From contig CAMBFR010000009.1 of assembly GCA_945865815.1 (NCBI GenBank), positions 689-64,688 of the forward strand: a DNA stretch of 64,000 bases, given 5' to 3'. The stretch's first letter is position 1. The number at the start of each line of letters is the position of its first letter. The position numbers and the translations under genes are program-made. This DNA is from Candidatus Sulfopaludibacter sp. SbA3. GTDB taxonomy: Bacteria; Acidobacteriota; Terriglobia; 20CM-2-55-15. The notes below the pieces were generated by a model that was not told the DNA's origin, made no database searches, and worked only from the letters and a program-made list of their open reading frames with translations. This document shows positions 49,365 to 59,882 of this stretch, in pieces.

Positions 49365-50872
49365 ACTGCCACGGCCTCCCGAAATTCGCCATGAACCCGG
49401 CGAAACGCGTCGGAAATTTCTCCAACCGTGGCGTACGCTTCGACCGCGTCAAGAATCAAAGGCATAAGGTTTTCATTTCCTCGCGCGGCTTCCTCAAGCC
49501 GCTGCAAGGCAGCGGTCACGACACGGCCGGCACGCTCGGCGCGGATACGCTTGAGGCCACGGATCTGTGCTGCTTCGAGGGCCGGATCCGCAATGTGGAC
49601 GGGAATGTCCGGGCCCTTGCCCGCGCGAAATTCGTTCACCCCAACAACAATCCGTTCCCTGGTCTCCATGGAACGGAGATACGTATATGCAGACTCCTGG
49701 ATTTCCCGCTGCACCCAGCCTGCTTCGATTGCAGGAAGCATCCCTCCCATACTTTCGATCTTTGCGAGATAGTCGGCTGTCTCCTCCTCGATCTGATTCG
49801 TGAGCTCCTCGATGGCGTAGGCTCCGCCGACCGGGTCGACAGTGTTGGCAATGCCGGACTCGTACGCAATGATCTGCTGAGTCCGCAAGGCAAGCCGGGC
49901 CGAATCCTCGGTTGGCAAACCGAGCGCTTCGTCTTTGGAATTCGTGTGCAATGACTGTGCGCCACCGAGAATGGCCGCGACCGCCTGTATTGTTGTTCGT
50001 GTGACGTTGTTATCGGGCTGCTGCGCGGTAAGAGACGAACCGGCGGTTTGCGCGTGGAACCGCAGCATCATCGACCGTGGGTTCTTCGCCCCAAAGCGAT
50101 CGCGCGCAATCTTTGCCCAGATTCTTCGCGCGGCCCGGTACTTCGCGATTTCTTCAAGAAAGTTATTGTGCGCATTGAAGAAAAACGAAAGCCGCGGAGC
50201 GAAGGAATCGATGTCGAGGCCGCGCTCAAGGGCCGCCTGCACGTACGCGATCGCATTGCCGAACGTGAATGCCAGCTCCTGGACGGCCGTTGAACCCGCT
50301 TCACGGATGTGATAGCCGCTGATCGAAATCGTATTCCAGTTCGGAACCTCGTCTTTGCAGTACGCGAAGATATCCGTAACAATCCGCAACGAGAATTTGG
50401 GCGGGTAAATGTACGTACCTCGCGCGATGTACTCCTTCAGCATGTCGTTCTGAATCGTCCCGTTTATCGCTTTCGGTGAAATGCCCTGCTTCTTTGCGAC
50501 CCCAATGTACATGGCGAGCAGAATCGCGGCAGTGGAGTTGATCGTCATCGAGGTTGAGGCGCGGTCCAGCGGGATTCCCTCAAACACCGATTCCATGTCG
50601 CGAATCGTATTGATCGCAACGCCAACCTTGCCGACTTCGCCCGCGGCAAGAGCATGGTCCGAGTCGAGGCCCATCTGAGTGGGTAGATCGAACGCTACGG
50701 AAAGGCCCGTTTGTCCATGATCGAGGAGATATTTGAATCGCTTATTGGTTTCGGCGGCCGAACCATAGCCCGCATACTGACGCATCGTCCAGAGCCTCCC
50801 GCGGTACATCGTGGGCTGTATGCCTCGCGTATACGGGAACTCTCCCGGCGAGCCGATTTCTGTGGGGGCCAT
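49361..50872 (-). CDS. methylmalonyl-CoA mutase family catalytic (substrate-binding TIM-barrel) subunit, no fused B12-binding domain
   Basis: [28 protein letters not shown]...[13 protein letters not shown]. 503 aa. Overlaps oppD by 4 nt. Confidence 0.85.
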   Translation of the reverse strand: MAPTEIGSPGEFPYTRGIQPTMYRGRLWTMRQYAGYGSAAETNKRFKYLLDHGQTGLSVAFDLPTQMGLDSDHALAAGEVGKVGVAINTIRDMESVFEGIPLDRASTSMTINSTAAILLAMYIGVAKKQGISPKAINGTIQNDMLKEYIARGTYIYPPKFSLRIVTDIFAYCKDEVPNWNTISISGYHIREAGSTAVQELAFTFGNAIAYVQAALERGLDIDSFAPRLSFFFNAHNNFLEEIAKYRAARRIWAKIARDRFGAKNPRSMMLRFHAQTAGSSLTAQQPDNNVTRTTIQAVAAILGGAQSLHTNSKDEALGLPTEDSARLALRTQQIIAYESGIANTVDPVGGAYAIEELTNQIEEETADYLAKIESMGGMLPAIEAGWVQREIQESAYTYLRSMETRERIVVGVNEFRAGKGPDIPVHIADPALEAAQIRGLKRIRAERAGRVVTAALQRLEEAARGNENLMPLILDAVEAYATVGEISDAFRRVHGEFREAVAV

Positions 50873-50899
50873 AGGGGGTTAGAGTAGCACAGCCAAAGT

Positions 50900-53737
50900 C
50901 TAGGACTTGCCCATGAGAACGAAGGGCGCCCAATAGTACGGATGGGGAAAAACAGACTTAACCTCGATCATGGCTTCCCTGAGCGCGCGCGGTTTCGTGA
51001 GACCCTTTTGGAGCCCCTCATAAAAACGCCTCATCAGCTGAGCGGTTGAACGATCGTTGACCGTCCAGAGACTCACAACCAGCGAAGGAGTTCCCGCATA
51101 CAGAAAACCTCTGGCGAGCCCAAGCAGTTCGTCGCCTTCCCAAACTGCGCTCATCCCGGTTTCGCACGCGCTCAACGTAGTGAGGTCGGATCCGAGCTGC
51201 AGGTTGAAGATGTCGAAAAGGTTCAGCCACGTGTCACCAAGGCGAAGTGCGGAAAACATGGGATTATCAGCGCGGAATATGCCGTGCGCGGCGATATGAA
51301 TCTTCCCGGCAGAGGACCCGTACTGCCGGAGCTTGTCCTCAGTCGCGTCTTGGCCGGTAAACACTCGTGCGTTAGGAAGGAGCTCTTTCAGAGCCGCTAC
51401 TTCTTCGTGAATGTATGGCGTCAGTTCGTCGGCCACGGCAAGCACCAGGTCCTTATCGGTCTTCGGCACCCTGCGTTCGCGACATATTTTCAGAACCGAC
51501 GCGCTGGCCGAATACACGATGTCGTGGGTATCTATCAGATAGTTGGTTCCGTCATACAAGGCCTGAAACGGAATGTAGTGAAGCATGTTATGCGGAACGA
51601 TGACGAGCGAACGCGTTCCTATCAAAGCCCGAAGCGGCTCAATGAGCTGGCGATGAAGTTCTGTCAGGTGGTGCTGTATCGCCTTGAGCAGCATGCCGCC
51701 ACGGTGCAGAACGTAGGCCGGCTGCAAGTGAAACTTCGAGAGTTGGAAGGTGATGCCCTTCAACGAAGCGCGCACGTTGGCAGTTGTCGTGAGATCCTTC
51801 ACGACATTGAAATCGTTGCTCCCGACGACGAAAGCGTGAAAGCGATCTCCAACCGCGTAGTATTCGATAAGGACTTCGTCGGGCTGCATCATCTGCTGAG
51901 TCTCTTTGACGCCCGCCAACGGCATGGTCTGCAGAGTTGTCCACCCGGATCGTTCAGATCCGATACCTCTCAACAGTTCTATGAGCTGTTCCTCACGCTT
52001 TATGATTGCGTCCTTGGTTGTGTTGTCGGATAGCGCCGCGCGAGCGGTGGCGCCAACTTCATTCAGGCGTGTATAGAGGATATTGAGCTCCTCGCGGATC
52101 TTACGTATCTCCAGAAGCCGCGGCGATTCCTCGGTGCCGGCATCCCACATCGTTTCGAGGTTTCTTTCGAGCAGGTCAATCAGCGTGCGCGATTTTGATC
52201 GCTCGACAAAATCGAAGGCCTCCGACATCTCGCCCTTGGCCAACTTCAAATTAACGACATTTTCGTAGACCTGATACTTGTCCCTTCCGAAAGACATCCG
52301 CATCTCGTCGAGCCGGATGTTTCCGCGCAGAGACTCCATATCCGCGATCGCCTTCAGGTACAATTCCTGTGCTTCATCAACATTTCCGTCGAGTTCCTTC
52401 AGGCGGCCGAGCGTGTGGTAGCACTGGTATGAAACCCATGGAGCATGAAATCCTTCCAGCTCACCCAGCGCCTTTTGGGCTTCAGCCAGCGCAGCGGCTT
52501 TGTCGTTGAGTTCCTGCCAGCTTTGCGCCGACAGGACGCGCGCATTGGCGGCACGCACCGGCACCTGCTGCTTTTCGAAAATCTCTGCTGAGTGTTGCGC
52601 GAGTTCCTGGGCCTTTGAAAACTGCTGCTGGCGGATAAGCAACTGTGCCCGCCACAAATCCACGACGGCGACCCACAATTCATTCCCTTCCTTGATGAAT
52701 ATCTCGCGCGCTTTCTGAAATGCCTCCGCCGCATCTTTGTCGTTAAGGAGCTTGAATTCAGATATGCCCTGGAACGTGAGACACTTTGCAGCTTCGTAGT
52801 TGTTTGCGAGCCGCTCGAATATCTCAAAGGCGCGGCCGGCAAGCTTTGCCGCATCATCAAAGAGGTTTAACTGCAGGTAGATTTCAGCGCGATCCATGTC
52901 GCAAAGACCGACGCGGCGAACGTCGTTCAATTCGTCGTGCCTCTTTCGTACCTGCTCGAGCATACGAAGCGCTGATGAGTAATTTCCCCGGCTGAAATGC
53001 ATCTGCGAAATACCGCGATCGGCAATGGCCGCCCACATTGCCATGTCGTGCTGCTCGCAATGCTGCTTTGTTGTTTCAAATGATCGCAGCGCTTCATCAA
53101 ACCGATTCATATCGGTCAGCACGTGCGCGCGATTCAGACCAACTGCAGCCTGAGAAATGTAATTTTCCGTGCTCTGGAGAGCCTTCTGGGCATTGTCGTA
53201 GTGTGCAAGCGCCTCGGCATAGCGATTGAGCCGGTAATAAAGATTTCCGAGGGCAATATCGAGAGTCGGCATGTACTGTGTATCGTTGGCCTGTTCGAGC
53301 GCCTCACGTGCCCGCGCGCCAAGTTCGATGGCTTGGTCGTATCGGCTGAGATACATGAGGTTATCCAGCGCGACAACCAGCGTCCGGCCGTACTCCCCGA
53401 TCACACCCGCCTGCTTGAAAAGTTCGGCCGCTCGCTCGAAATGTGGTTGCGCTTCCGCGGATTTCTTCATCGAACTGAGGACTTGCGCCCGCGACCGGAT
53501 GGCCCAGGCCCAGCCGATGGGGGTATTAACAATGGATGCGAGATGGAGGTTGGTTTCGACGAGCGTTTCGGCGAGGGAGAGATCCTTCGGAAAGATTTCG
53601 CGGATTTTGGTGGACAGTTGTTCGACGAGAGCTTCGCTGGGCGAAACGGGGGCTTCCGAGATGAAAGCCCTCTGCTGGGCAGCATCCCGAATCTGGGCGA
53701 GCGCGGCCAGATACTCCTCGGGACTCGAAAAAGTCAC
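50900..53737 (-). CDS. TPR-repeat CHAT-domain protein (caspase-like peptidase)
   Basis: 945 aa. N-terminal half is TPR-like repeats. The C-terminal CHAT domain has the His (IHIAAHGIF) and Cys (LSACETG) dyad. GTG start. Confidence 0.8.
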   Translation of the reverse strand: MTFSSPEEYLAALAQIRDAAQQRAFISEAPVSPSEALVEQLSTKIREIFPKDLSLAETLVETNLHLASIVNTPIGWAWAIRSRAQVLSSMKKSAEAQPHFERAAELFKQAGVIGEYGRTLVVALDNLMYLSRYDQAIELGARAREALEQANDTQYMPTLDIALGNLYYRLNRYAEALAHYDNAQKALQSTENYISQAAVGLNRAHVLTDMNRFDEALRSFETTKQHCEQHDMAMWAAIADRGISQMHFSRGNYSSALRMLEQVRKRHDELNDVRRVGLCDMDRAEIYLQLNLFDDAAKLAGRAFEIFERLANNYEAAKCLTFQGISEFKLLNDKDAAEAFQKAREIFIKEGNELWVAVVDLWRAQLLIRQQQFSKAQELAQHSAEIFEKQQVPVRAANARVLSAQSWQELNDKAAALAEAQKALGELEGFHAPWVSYQCYHTLGRLKELDGNVDEAQELYLKAIADMESLRGNIRLDEMRMSFGRDKYQVYENVVNLKLAKGEMSEAFDFVERSKSRTLIDLLERNLETMWDAGTEESPRLLEIRKIREELNILYTRLNEVGATARAALSDNTTKDAIIKREEQLIELLRGIGSERSGWTTLQTMPLAGVKETQQMMQPDEVLIEYYAVGDRFHAFVVGSNDFNVVKDLTTTANVRASLKGITFQLSKFHLQPAYVLHRGGMLLKAIQHHLTELHRQLIEPLRALIGTRSLVIVPHNMLHYIPFQALYDGTNYLIDTHDIVYSASASVLKICRERRVPKTDKDLVLAVADELTPYIHEEVAALKELLPNARVFTGQDATEDKLRQYGSSAGKIHIAAHGIFRADNPMFSALRLGDTWLNLFDIFNLQLGSDLTTLSACETGMSAVWEGDELLGLARGFLYAGTPSLVVSLWTVNDRSTAQLMRRFYEGLQKGLTKPRALREAMIEVKSVFPHPYYWAPFVLMGKS

Positions 53738-53801
53738 AGTTTGAACGTTTCCTACGTTGGGGTTCGCGCTTCTTCGCGCAGTACAATCTTAGTAGAGCGT
53801 A

Positions 53802-54413
53802 CTAGGAGTTGCCCCGATGTACGCAGAAAAGCGTGATCTGACCCTCAGGCAGGTCAACCGAAAGATGATAGGTGTCTTTCGGTACTTCATCGAACGAAAA
53901 CTCACCAACGACATTTGTTCGAGTTCGATAGCGCACGATCCCGTGGGATTCCAGTTTCACCGGAGTGTCGTCAAAGAACTTGGTGTCGCTGGACAATACC
54001 TGGCCGACAAGTGTAATCCTGTCATTCGCTTCCATGGACTCGATTTTCACGTCCACATCCACGTCACCAGCCTTGAAGAGCAACTGCCGGGGCGGGACGC
54101 CCACGCGGCGAACGCCAGCCAACATAGGCTGGTCAAACGTGTCGTACACTAAGGAAGCAATAAACTTTCTCAGTCTTCCGCCACCCTCTACCTGAAGAAC
54201 CGGTTGGAACAGGTCGACACCCCATTGCACTAACTCGGTGGGTGGTTCGAAAGCGGAGTCTTCCTGAAGGCGAGTCACCAAAATCTGAAATTCCTGCTGA
54301 AGCTCCGTGCATTCCAAGCACACAGAAAGGTGTTCCTTTGCTGCCAAATTCTCGGCGGCTGATGCCTGACCATCCATGTAATTAACTATGTTATCAACAG
54401 TTAGATGATGCAT
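53802..54413 (-). CDS. zinc-finger (zf-HC2) anti-sigma factor, soluble
   Basis: N-terminal HLSVCLECTE (Hx3Cx2C). AGGAG SD before the internal ATG at 54413. The longer track ORF to 54569 would overlap the sigma gene by 49 nt and is rejected. Confidence 0.65.
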   Translation of the reverse strand: MHHLTVDNIVNYMDGQASAAENLAAKEHLSVCLECTELQQEFQILVTRLQEDSAFEPPTELVQWGVDLFQPVLQVEGGGRLRKFIASLVYDTFDQPMLAGVRRVGVPPRQLLFKAGDVDVDVKIESMEANDRITLVGQVLSSDTKFFDDTPVKLESHGIVRYRTRTNVVGEFSFDEVPKDTYHLSVDLPEGQITLFCVHRGNS

Positions 54414-54520
54414 TTCGCTTAGCTCCTCATTGGCTTTGTTTAGCTTCAGTGGCTTTCGATGACTTCCATTTCCAAACACTAATGAGTCGTATAGAGTAGC
54501 GAAAAATACAAGAAAACTGG

Positions 54521-55090
54521 CTATGTAATGCCTTTTTGCCTCAAAAGCTTTCGGAGCTTGTCGAGACATCTGGCCCTGGTCGGGCCGATACTGGAAACAG
54601 GCATGGCCATAGCCTGACTGATGGCGTCATAACTCGGCGAACGATTGTCAAAGTACAGCATTTCGATCAGACTTCTGCAGCGTTTTGGAAGTCTCTCAAC
54701 GGCTTCTCTCAAAGTCTGATCCCGTTCGGTCTGGAGCCGGAAATGTTCGACATTTTCCAGCGGATCAACGGGTTCTTCAAATCCATCATTGGAAGTCGTT
54801 TCCCTTGCCCGCTGCGATCGCACGTATATGCACTGACGAGTGGTTGTCGTCACGAGCCAGGCGGGGACCTTCGTGTCATCTTTCAACTCATGCAGGTGCT
54901 CAATGAGTTTCAAACAGACCGCTTGAAAGACGTCGGCAGCGTCGGCTGAAGTGAAGTTGAACCGGACTGGAATGGAGTAAATCAGGCGGCGGTAGCGGAC
55001 GATCAGGGCTTCCCACGCGTGGCCGTCTCCCTTCAGACACAAGGACACGAGTTCCTGATCGGTAAGTGTCTTGTACTTCTGCAAACTCAC
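54521..55090 (-). CDS. RNA polymerase sigma-70 factor, ECF subfamily
   Basis: 189 aa with sigma2 and sigma4 regions (LIYSIPVRF...; DAISQAMAMPVSSIGPTRARCLDKLR). Confidence 0.85.
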   Translation of the reverse strand: MSLQKYKTLTDQELVSLCLKGDGHAWEALIVRYRRLIYSIPVRFNFTSADAADVFQAVCLKLIEHLHELKDDTKVPAWLVTTTTRQCIYVRSQRARETTSNDGFEEPVDPLENVEHFRLQTERDQTLREAVERLPKRCRSLIEMLYFDNRSPSYDAISQAMAMPVSSIGPTRARCLDKLRKLLRQKGIT

Positions 55091-55368
55091 TATCTGATCT
55101 TTCTAGATTTCCAAAAGGTGTGCAGCGCGAAGACCAGCATTACCGAGGAAAACAGGATGCTCATCAAAAGCCGCAATGTTCCGCTGTCAGGAGTATCTCG
55201 ATATTTTCGATACTCGTCGACAATGCTTGTGATTCCAATCACCGCGAGAGCCACAAAAAATGTGGCCATGACTTCCAACCAGAGTTGGCGCAGGGAGCGT
55301 ATGGCATCGCCAAAGATTATTCTTAATTTCGCAGCCATCGGAGGTACCCGCCATCCTACACCAGTCAA
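55090..55368 (-). CDS. small two-TM membrane protein, translationally coupled to the ECF sigma gene
   Basis: 92 aa with two hydrophobic helices. Its stop overlaps the sigma-factor start. TTG start; the internal ATG at 55338 is an alternative. Confidence 0.5.
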   Translation of the reverse strand: MTGVGWRVPPMAAKLRIIFGDAIRSLRQLWLEVMATFFVALAVIGITSIVDEYRKYRDTPDSGTLRLLMSILFSSVMLVFALHTFWKSRKIR

Positions 55369-55518
55369 AAGGTCACAAACGTGCTCGACACATGGTGGCC
55401 GGAATTAGCCTACCATTTTGCCATCACGGCAACGGCTAAATTGTGAATTGACCAAAGGAAAGCCTTCTGCGTACGATGGTCAGTAGAGTCACGTCACCGA
55501 CACAGGAGGACGATCCAT

Positions 55519-55812
55519 TTGGATGACAATCTCAAACACCTGATGAAGGAACTCGGCGCGGCGATCAATGATGCCTTGTCGGAGTCCGAGGAGATCAGTG
55601 AGGCCATCCAAAGTGTTCGCAACGCCGGCTACGACGTCTTTCTCGTTCTCGAAGCCACGATCGGTTTTAACAAGAGATCAAAAGACGAAGGCAGCGATGA
55701 TATAGAGACCGGCGGCCTGAAGCCGGGCGAAATGAAGCTGAAAGTCACCGCGCAGGACCTGAAGTTTCTGCGGTCGCTCAAAATCAGCGTCGAAGATCTG
55801 GATCCGCATTAG
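55519..55812 (+). CDS. hypothetical small acidic protein
   Basis: AGGAGGA SD 8 nt before TTG 55519. 97 aa. No recognisable family. Confidence 0.4.
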   Translation: MDDNLKHLMKELGAAINDALSESEEISEAIQSVRNAGYDVFLVLEATIGFNKRSKDEGSDDIETGGLKPGEMKLKVTAQDLKFLRSLKISVEDLDPH

Positions 55813-56770
55813 CCCACATCTCCTCCACAACTGCAACCACCGCTCCCACCTCGATCGCCTCGATCGGGTTTGCCCGCAAAAACCTGCTGGCCGCGCCAAT
55901 TGGCCGGAAGTGTTCCGGAAAACCGACGCTGAACAAGCCGAGTGTGGGAACAGACAGGGCCGGTCCGAGATGCATTGGTCCTGTGTCGTTGCTTACGAAT
56001 AACCGGGCAGACGCGATGACCGCAGCAAGTTCGGGAAGGGCCACGTTCGTGATCATCGTAAGACGCTCAGGATTGTGGCTCGCTTGCTGAACTCTTTTCG
56101 CAATACCCTGACTCGCCGGACCAGATATCACCAGAACACTGGCTCCAAACCGGGCGATGGCATGATCCGCCAGCATCGCGAATTTTTCGGGAGGCCACAT
56201 TCTGTCGTTTACGGGAGCATCGATGTACAGGGCGATGCGAGGACCCTGCGGCGCAATTTGGTCAGCCCATTGCCGTAGGCCGTCGGGTACGACAAGCGGA
56301 TGCGCAGGCGCGAGGCTTCCGCCCAATTGCTGAACCACGCGCATAAACATTTCGGACACGTGAAGCTGCTTATCCTCAGAAACCGGCGGCAGATTAAAGC
56401 AAAACGAAAGGTAGGACTCTTTATGGCGTTTCATTGCGAGGCGCTGCTGCGCACCGGAAAGCCACGAGAGCAGGTTTGTTTCACGAAAACTGTGGAAGTC
56501 GATAAGAAGATCGTACTGTTGCCGCCGGAGACCGCGCACCAGACCTATCATTTTCCCCAGAGCGCGCAACCGTGAACGATCACGCATTGCAATGCGATCG
56601 ACGCCGATAACTTCGTCGACAGCCGGACATAACTCGCGCAACGATGCATACCGCTGATCCGTGAGGAGAGTCAGCCGCGCTGAGGGAAAACGAGATTTCA
56701 GGGAGTTCAGCGCCGGAAACAACAGAATGATGTCCCCGAGCCGTGCAAACCGGATGGCAAGAATTTTCAA
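55784..56770 (-). CDS. glycosyltransferase family 9 (ADP-heptose:LPS heptosyltransferase-like)
   Basis: MKILAIRFARLGDIILLFPALNSLK N-terminus and the GT9 fold. Confidence 0.8.
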   Translation of the reverse strand: MKILAIRFARLGDIILLFPALNSLKSRFPSARLTLLTDQRYASLRELCPAVDEVIGVDRIAMRDRSRLRALGKMIGLVRGLRRQQYDLLIDFHSFRETNLLSWLSGAQQRLAMKRHKESYLSFCFNLPPVSEDKQLHVSEMFMRVVQQLGGSLAPAHPLVVPDGLRQWADQIAPQGPRIALYIDAPVNDRMWPPEKFAMLADHAIARFGASVLVISGPASQGIAKRVQQASHNPERLTMITNVALPELAAVIASARLFVSNDTGPMHLGPALSVPTLGLFSVGFPEHFRPIGAASRFLRANPIEAIEVGAVVAVVEEMWANADPDLRR

Positions 56771-56777
56771 GGCGGAT

Positions 56778-57422
56778 TCAAGACGGAATGATTAGCCCGG
56801 CCGGTTGCCCGGCGGCCTGAGCCTGCGTGGCCAGACTTTTCAGCCAGTCCAGATACTGCCGGCTCCTGGGTCGCCCGTTCGAATTGATCTGCGCCGCAAA
56901 CGTCAGAAATTCCATGACTTCCACTGCTTCAGACACTTTCAAAGCGCGCCGGTCCACAGCCTCCTGCGGCTGCATGAGTTCGTCCAGCAATGCCCTGACC
57001 CGCCGAAACAACGACTGCCTCACAGGCCCATCCGGTTGGTTCTCATAATGGATACCGCCGGACAACGTTTTCATTGTGGCAGCCATGGCTTGATAAACCT
57101 CTATAACGTCATTATCTACAAGCCATTGCGAATCCATGTATTCGAAAGCTACTGCGCGGCTCACCACGTCCAGGACGCCGCTGTACTCTCGAAGAAAGGC
57201 ATTATCAAACTTGTGAAGTTTAGCCGCCAGTTCCGGATCCGGTGCTCTTTTCTCCGCTTCGTACGACCTGCCGGCCTTCAGGTGCGTGCAATCGCTGGGG
57301 CAGTCGATCTCGATTTCACGTTTCGTAGCACAGCAAACGGCACAAATCTGGTCTTCCTTAGCTGGGCAGAACCGTTTGGCGGACCGATCCGCACACAAGG
57401 GGCAGGTTGGCATAAGGCTCAA
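56778..57422 (-). CDS. hypothetical Cys-rich protein (eight Cys in the first 46 aa)
   Basis: N-terminus CPLC..C..C.VCC..C...C; the rest is soluble. No known family recognised. Confidence 0.5.
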   Translation of the reverse strand: MSLMPTCPLCADRSAKRFCPAKEDQICAVCCATKREIEIDCPSDCTHLKAGRSYEAEKRAPDPELAAKLHKFDNAFLREYSGVLDVVSRAVAFEYMDSQWLVDNDVIEVYQAMAATMKTLSGGIHYENQPDGPVRQSLFRRVRALLDELMQPQEAVDRRALKVSEAVEVMEFLTFAAQINSNGRPRSRQYLDWLKSLATQAQAAGQPAGLIIPS

Positions 57423-57464
57423 AAGTATACAATAAAGAGAAGTCGAAGGAAGGTTGGCGGGGCT

Positions 57465-58457
57465 TCAAGCCTGCAGTGACGAACTCTGCAGCGATGTGAT
57501 TGCCGTCACGTCGATAATATCGTCCACTGAGCAACCGCGCGAAAGATCATTTGCTGGTTTTCTAAGACCCTGCAAGATCGGCCCGATGGCCCGGGCTCCC
57601 GCCAAACGTTCGATTAATTTGTAGCTGATATTCCCGGATTGAAGATCTGGAAAGATCAACGTGTTGGCCCGCCCTTTAACCGGGCTTGTGGGCGCCTTGG
57701 ACTGCGCGATTTCCGGTACCAGCGCCGCATCTGCCTGCAATTCTCCATCGACCACCAGACCTGGACTTCGAGCTTGGACAGTGGTGACGGCCTCGCGAAT
57801 ATGATTCAGGATGGTGTGATTTGCGCTTCCTTTCGTCGAGAACGCGAGGAATGCAACGCGGGGCTCGGCCTCAAGAAAGACTCGTGCATTGTGCGCAGCC
57901 GCCAGGGCGATGTCGGCCAGTTGGGCAACGGTTGGGACAGGGATCACCGCGCAGTCGGCAAAAACCAGGATGTTCGACGGGAGGACCATCAGAAAAAAAC
58001 TCGAAACCACGCTCGACTGCGGATCGAGCCCGATGCAGTGAATCGCCGCGCGGACAGTGTCGGCGGTGGTCGTTTCCGCGCCCCCCACGAACCCATCGGC
58101 GTCTCCGGCCCGAACCATCGCGGCGGCGAAATACATGGGGCTTTCCAGTCGCTTTTGCGCCTCAACCTCAGTGATTCCACGGGCCCGCCACTCGGGATAA
58201 AGGAGCCTGACGTAGCGGTCGCGCAGGGATTGCGTCCCCGTGTCTACAATCTCGATCTGAGAAAGACCGATTCCAAGCTCCCGGGCTTTCTTCTCAATCC
58301 CGGCCGGCGATCCCACAAGAACAGGCTTTGCCATGCGCGCTGAAACTGTCTCTGCTGCGGCCTGGAGGATACGCGGGTCGGTTGATTCCGGATAGACGAT
58401 TCGCTTTGGTTCTCTGGCAGCTCGCTCACGGAGCCGAACTACAAAATCACTCTGCAT
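57465..58457 (-). CDS. pta: phosphate acetyltransferase (PTA_PTB family)
   Basis: 330 aa. The N-terminus (IVYPES.D.RIL.AA) and C-terminus are PTA-like. Confidence 0.8.
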   Translation of the reverse strand: MQSDFVVRLRERAAREPKRIVYPESTDPRILQAAAETVSARMAKPVLVGSPAGIEKKARELGIGLSQIEIVDTGTQSLRDRYVRLLYPEWRARGITEVEAQKRLESPMYFAAAMVRAGDADGFVGGAETTTADTVRAAIHCIGLDPQSSVVSSFFLMVLPSNILVFADCAVIPVPTVAQLADIALAAAHNARVFLEAEPRVAFLAFSTKGSANHTILNHIREAVTTVQARSPGLVVDGELQADAALVPEIAQSKAPTSPVKGRANTLIFPDLQSGNISYKLIERLAGARAIGPILQGLRKPANDLSRGCSVDDIIDVTAITSLQSSSLQA

Positions 58458-58463
58458 CGACTG

Positions 58464-59882
58464 TCACTTTACCGGAACGGGAGGACGCTCACGCTTCTTT
58501 TTGATTTCAATGCCATGGCGTTTGATTTTTTGATTGAGCGTTGAAAGAGGAATCCGGAAGTTGTCCGCCGCCTCAGTCTGACTCCAGCCGGCCTGCTCCA
58601 GCATCTCAATGATGACGCGGCGCTCGAATATGTCCAGGATGTCGAAAAGCGAGCTGTCCTTGCTCAACGTAAATGACGACAGCGTCGCAAACCGCGATGA
58701 AGGCGTCGTAACCGGTTCCGGCAAAAGATCCCTGCCGATCATCTCATCCTGGGACAAGACGACTGCCCGTTCGACAGCATTCTCCAATTCCCGGACATTC
58801 CCGGGCCAATGGTAATCCATCAATACCTTCAGCGCTTCAGAACTGAACCGACACAGTGGCTTGCCATTTTCGTCGCAGTACTTCCTGGTAAAGAACTCCA
58901 CCAGATTAGGGATGTCCTCTTTGCGGTCACGCAGCGGCGGAAGCTGGATGTTGATCACATTCAGGCGGTAATAAAGATCTTCACGAAATCGGCCCTCATC
59001 GACAAGGCGCCTGAGGTCGACGTTGGTTGCCGCAATGATCCGCACATCAACCTTGATATTTTCCACGCCTCCCAGCTTCATGAACTCCCGTTCCTGAATC
59101 ACGCGCAGGAGCTTGGCTTGCGTTTCCACGCTCACAGTACCAATTTCGTCAAAGAAGATTGTTCCCTGGTCCGCGACTTCGAACAAACCCTTCTTTGCGG
59201 AGACCGCACTCGTAAAAGCGCCGCGCAAGTGACCGAACAACGTGCTCTCCAGAAGATCCACCGGCATGCTGCCGCTATTGACTGGAACGAAGGCCTTGTC
59301 TGCGCGCGTGCTTTTCAGATGGATCGCCTTGGCGATGAGTTCCTTGCCCGTACCGCTTTCGCCTTGTATCAGCACCGTACTGCGGCTCGCAGCGATCTGA
59401 GTCACAACATCCAATACTCGGAGGATCTTTTCGCTCTTTCCTATGATGTTGCTGTAACCGAATCTTTCCTTGAGTGCCCGGCGGAGATGCAGGTTTTCAC
59501 TCGTCAGTTGCCGCTGTTTAATTGCGTTAGTAACGATCACGAGCAGTTTCTCGTTATTCCATGGCTTGGTAATGTAATCGAACGAACCCTGCTTGATGGC
59601 GCTGACTGCGGTCTCCAGGGCCCCTATTGCAGTAATGATGACGACCGGCAATGTCGGATCGATCCGTTGGAGATCCTTGAGAACATCCATTCCGGACTTG
59701 CCAGGCAACATAAGATCCAGCATCGCCAGGTCATAGTGGTTTTCTTCGACCTTGCGGATGCCTTCTTCACCGGTCGCGGCGGTATCGGTAGACAAACCCT
59801 CGGACTTCAGAAGGAACTCGATACCCTCTCGGATTTCCTCCTCGTCATCAATGATGAGGACTGATCCCTTTCTCCTAGACAT
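58464..59882 (-). CDS. sigma-54-dependent Fis-family response regulator (NtrC-like)
   Basis: Receiver domain (LIIDDEE...D), AAA+ sigma-54 activator core (ESGTGKE, GAFTSA) and a C-terminal HTH. Confidence 0.9.
   Translation of the reverse strand: MSRRKGSVLIIDDEEEIREGIEFLLKSEGLSTDTAATGEEGIRKVEENHYDLAMLDLMLPGKSGMDVLKDLQRIDPTLPVVIITAIGALETAVSAIKQGSFDYITKPWNNEKLLVIVTNAIKQRQLTSENLHLRRALKERFGYSNIIGKSEKILRVLDVVTQIAASRSTVLIQGESGTGKELIAKAIHLKSTRADKAFVPVNSGSMPVDLLESTLFGHLRGAFTSAVSAKKGLFEVADQGTIFFDEIGTVSVETQAKLLRVIQEREFMKLGGVENIKVDVRIIAATNVDLRRLVDEGRFREDLYYRLNVINIQLPPLRDRKEDIPNLVEFFTRKYCDENGKPLCRFSSEALKVLMDYHWPGNVRELENAVERAVVLSQDEMIGRDLLPEPVTTPSSRFATLSSFTLSKDSSLFDILDIFERRVIIEMLEQAGWSQTEAADNFRIPLSTLNQKIKRHGIEIKKKRERPPVPVK

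Noticed and set aside
54414-54569. 52-codon N-terminal extension of the anti-sigma ORF
   Set aside because: It would overlap the sigma gene by 49 nt. The internal ATG has an AGGAG SD and puts the zf-HC2 motif at the N-terminus, as usual.
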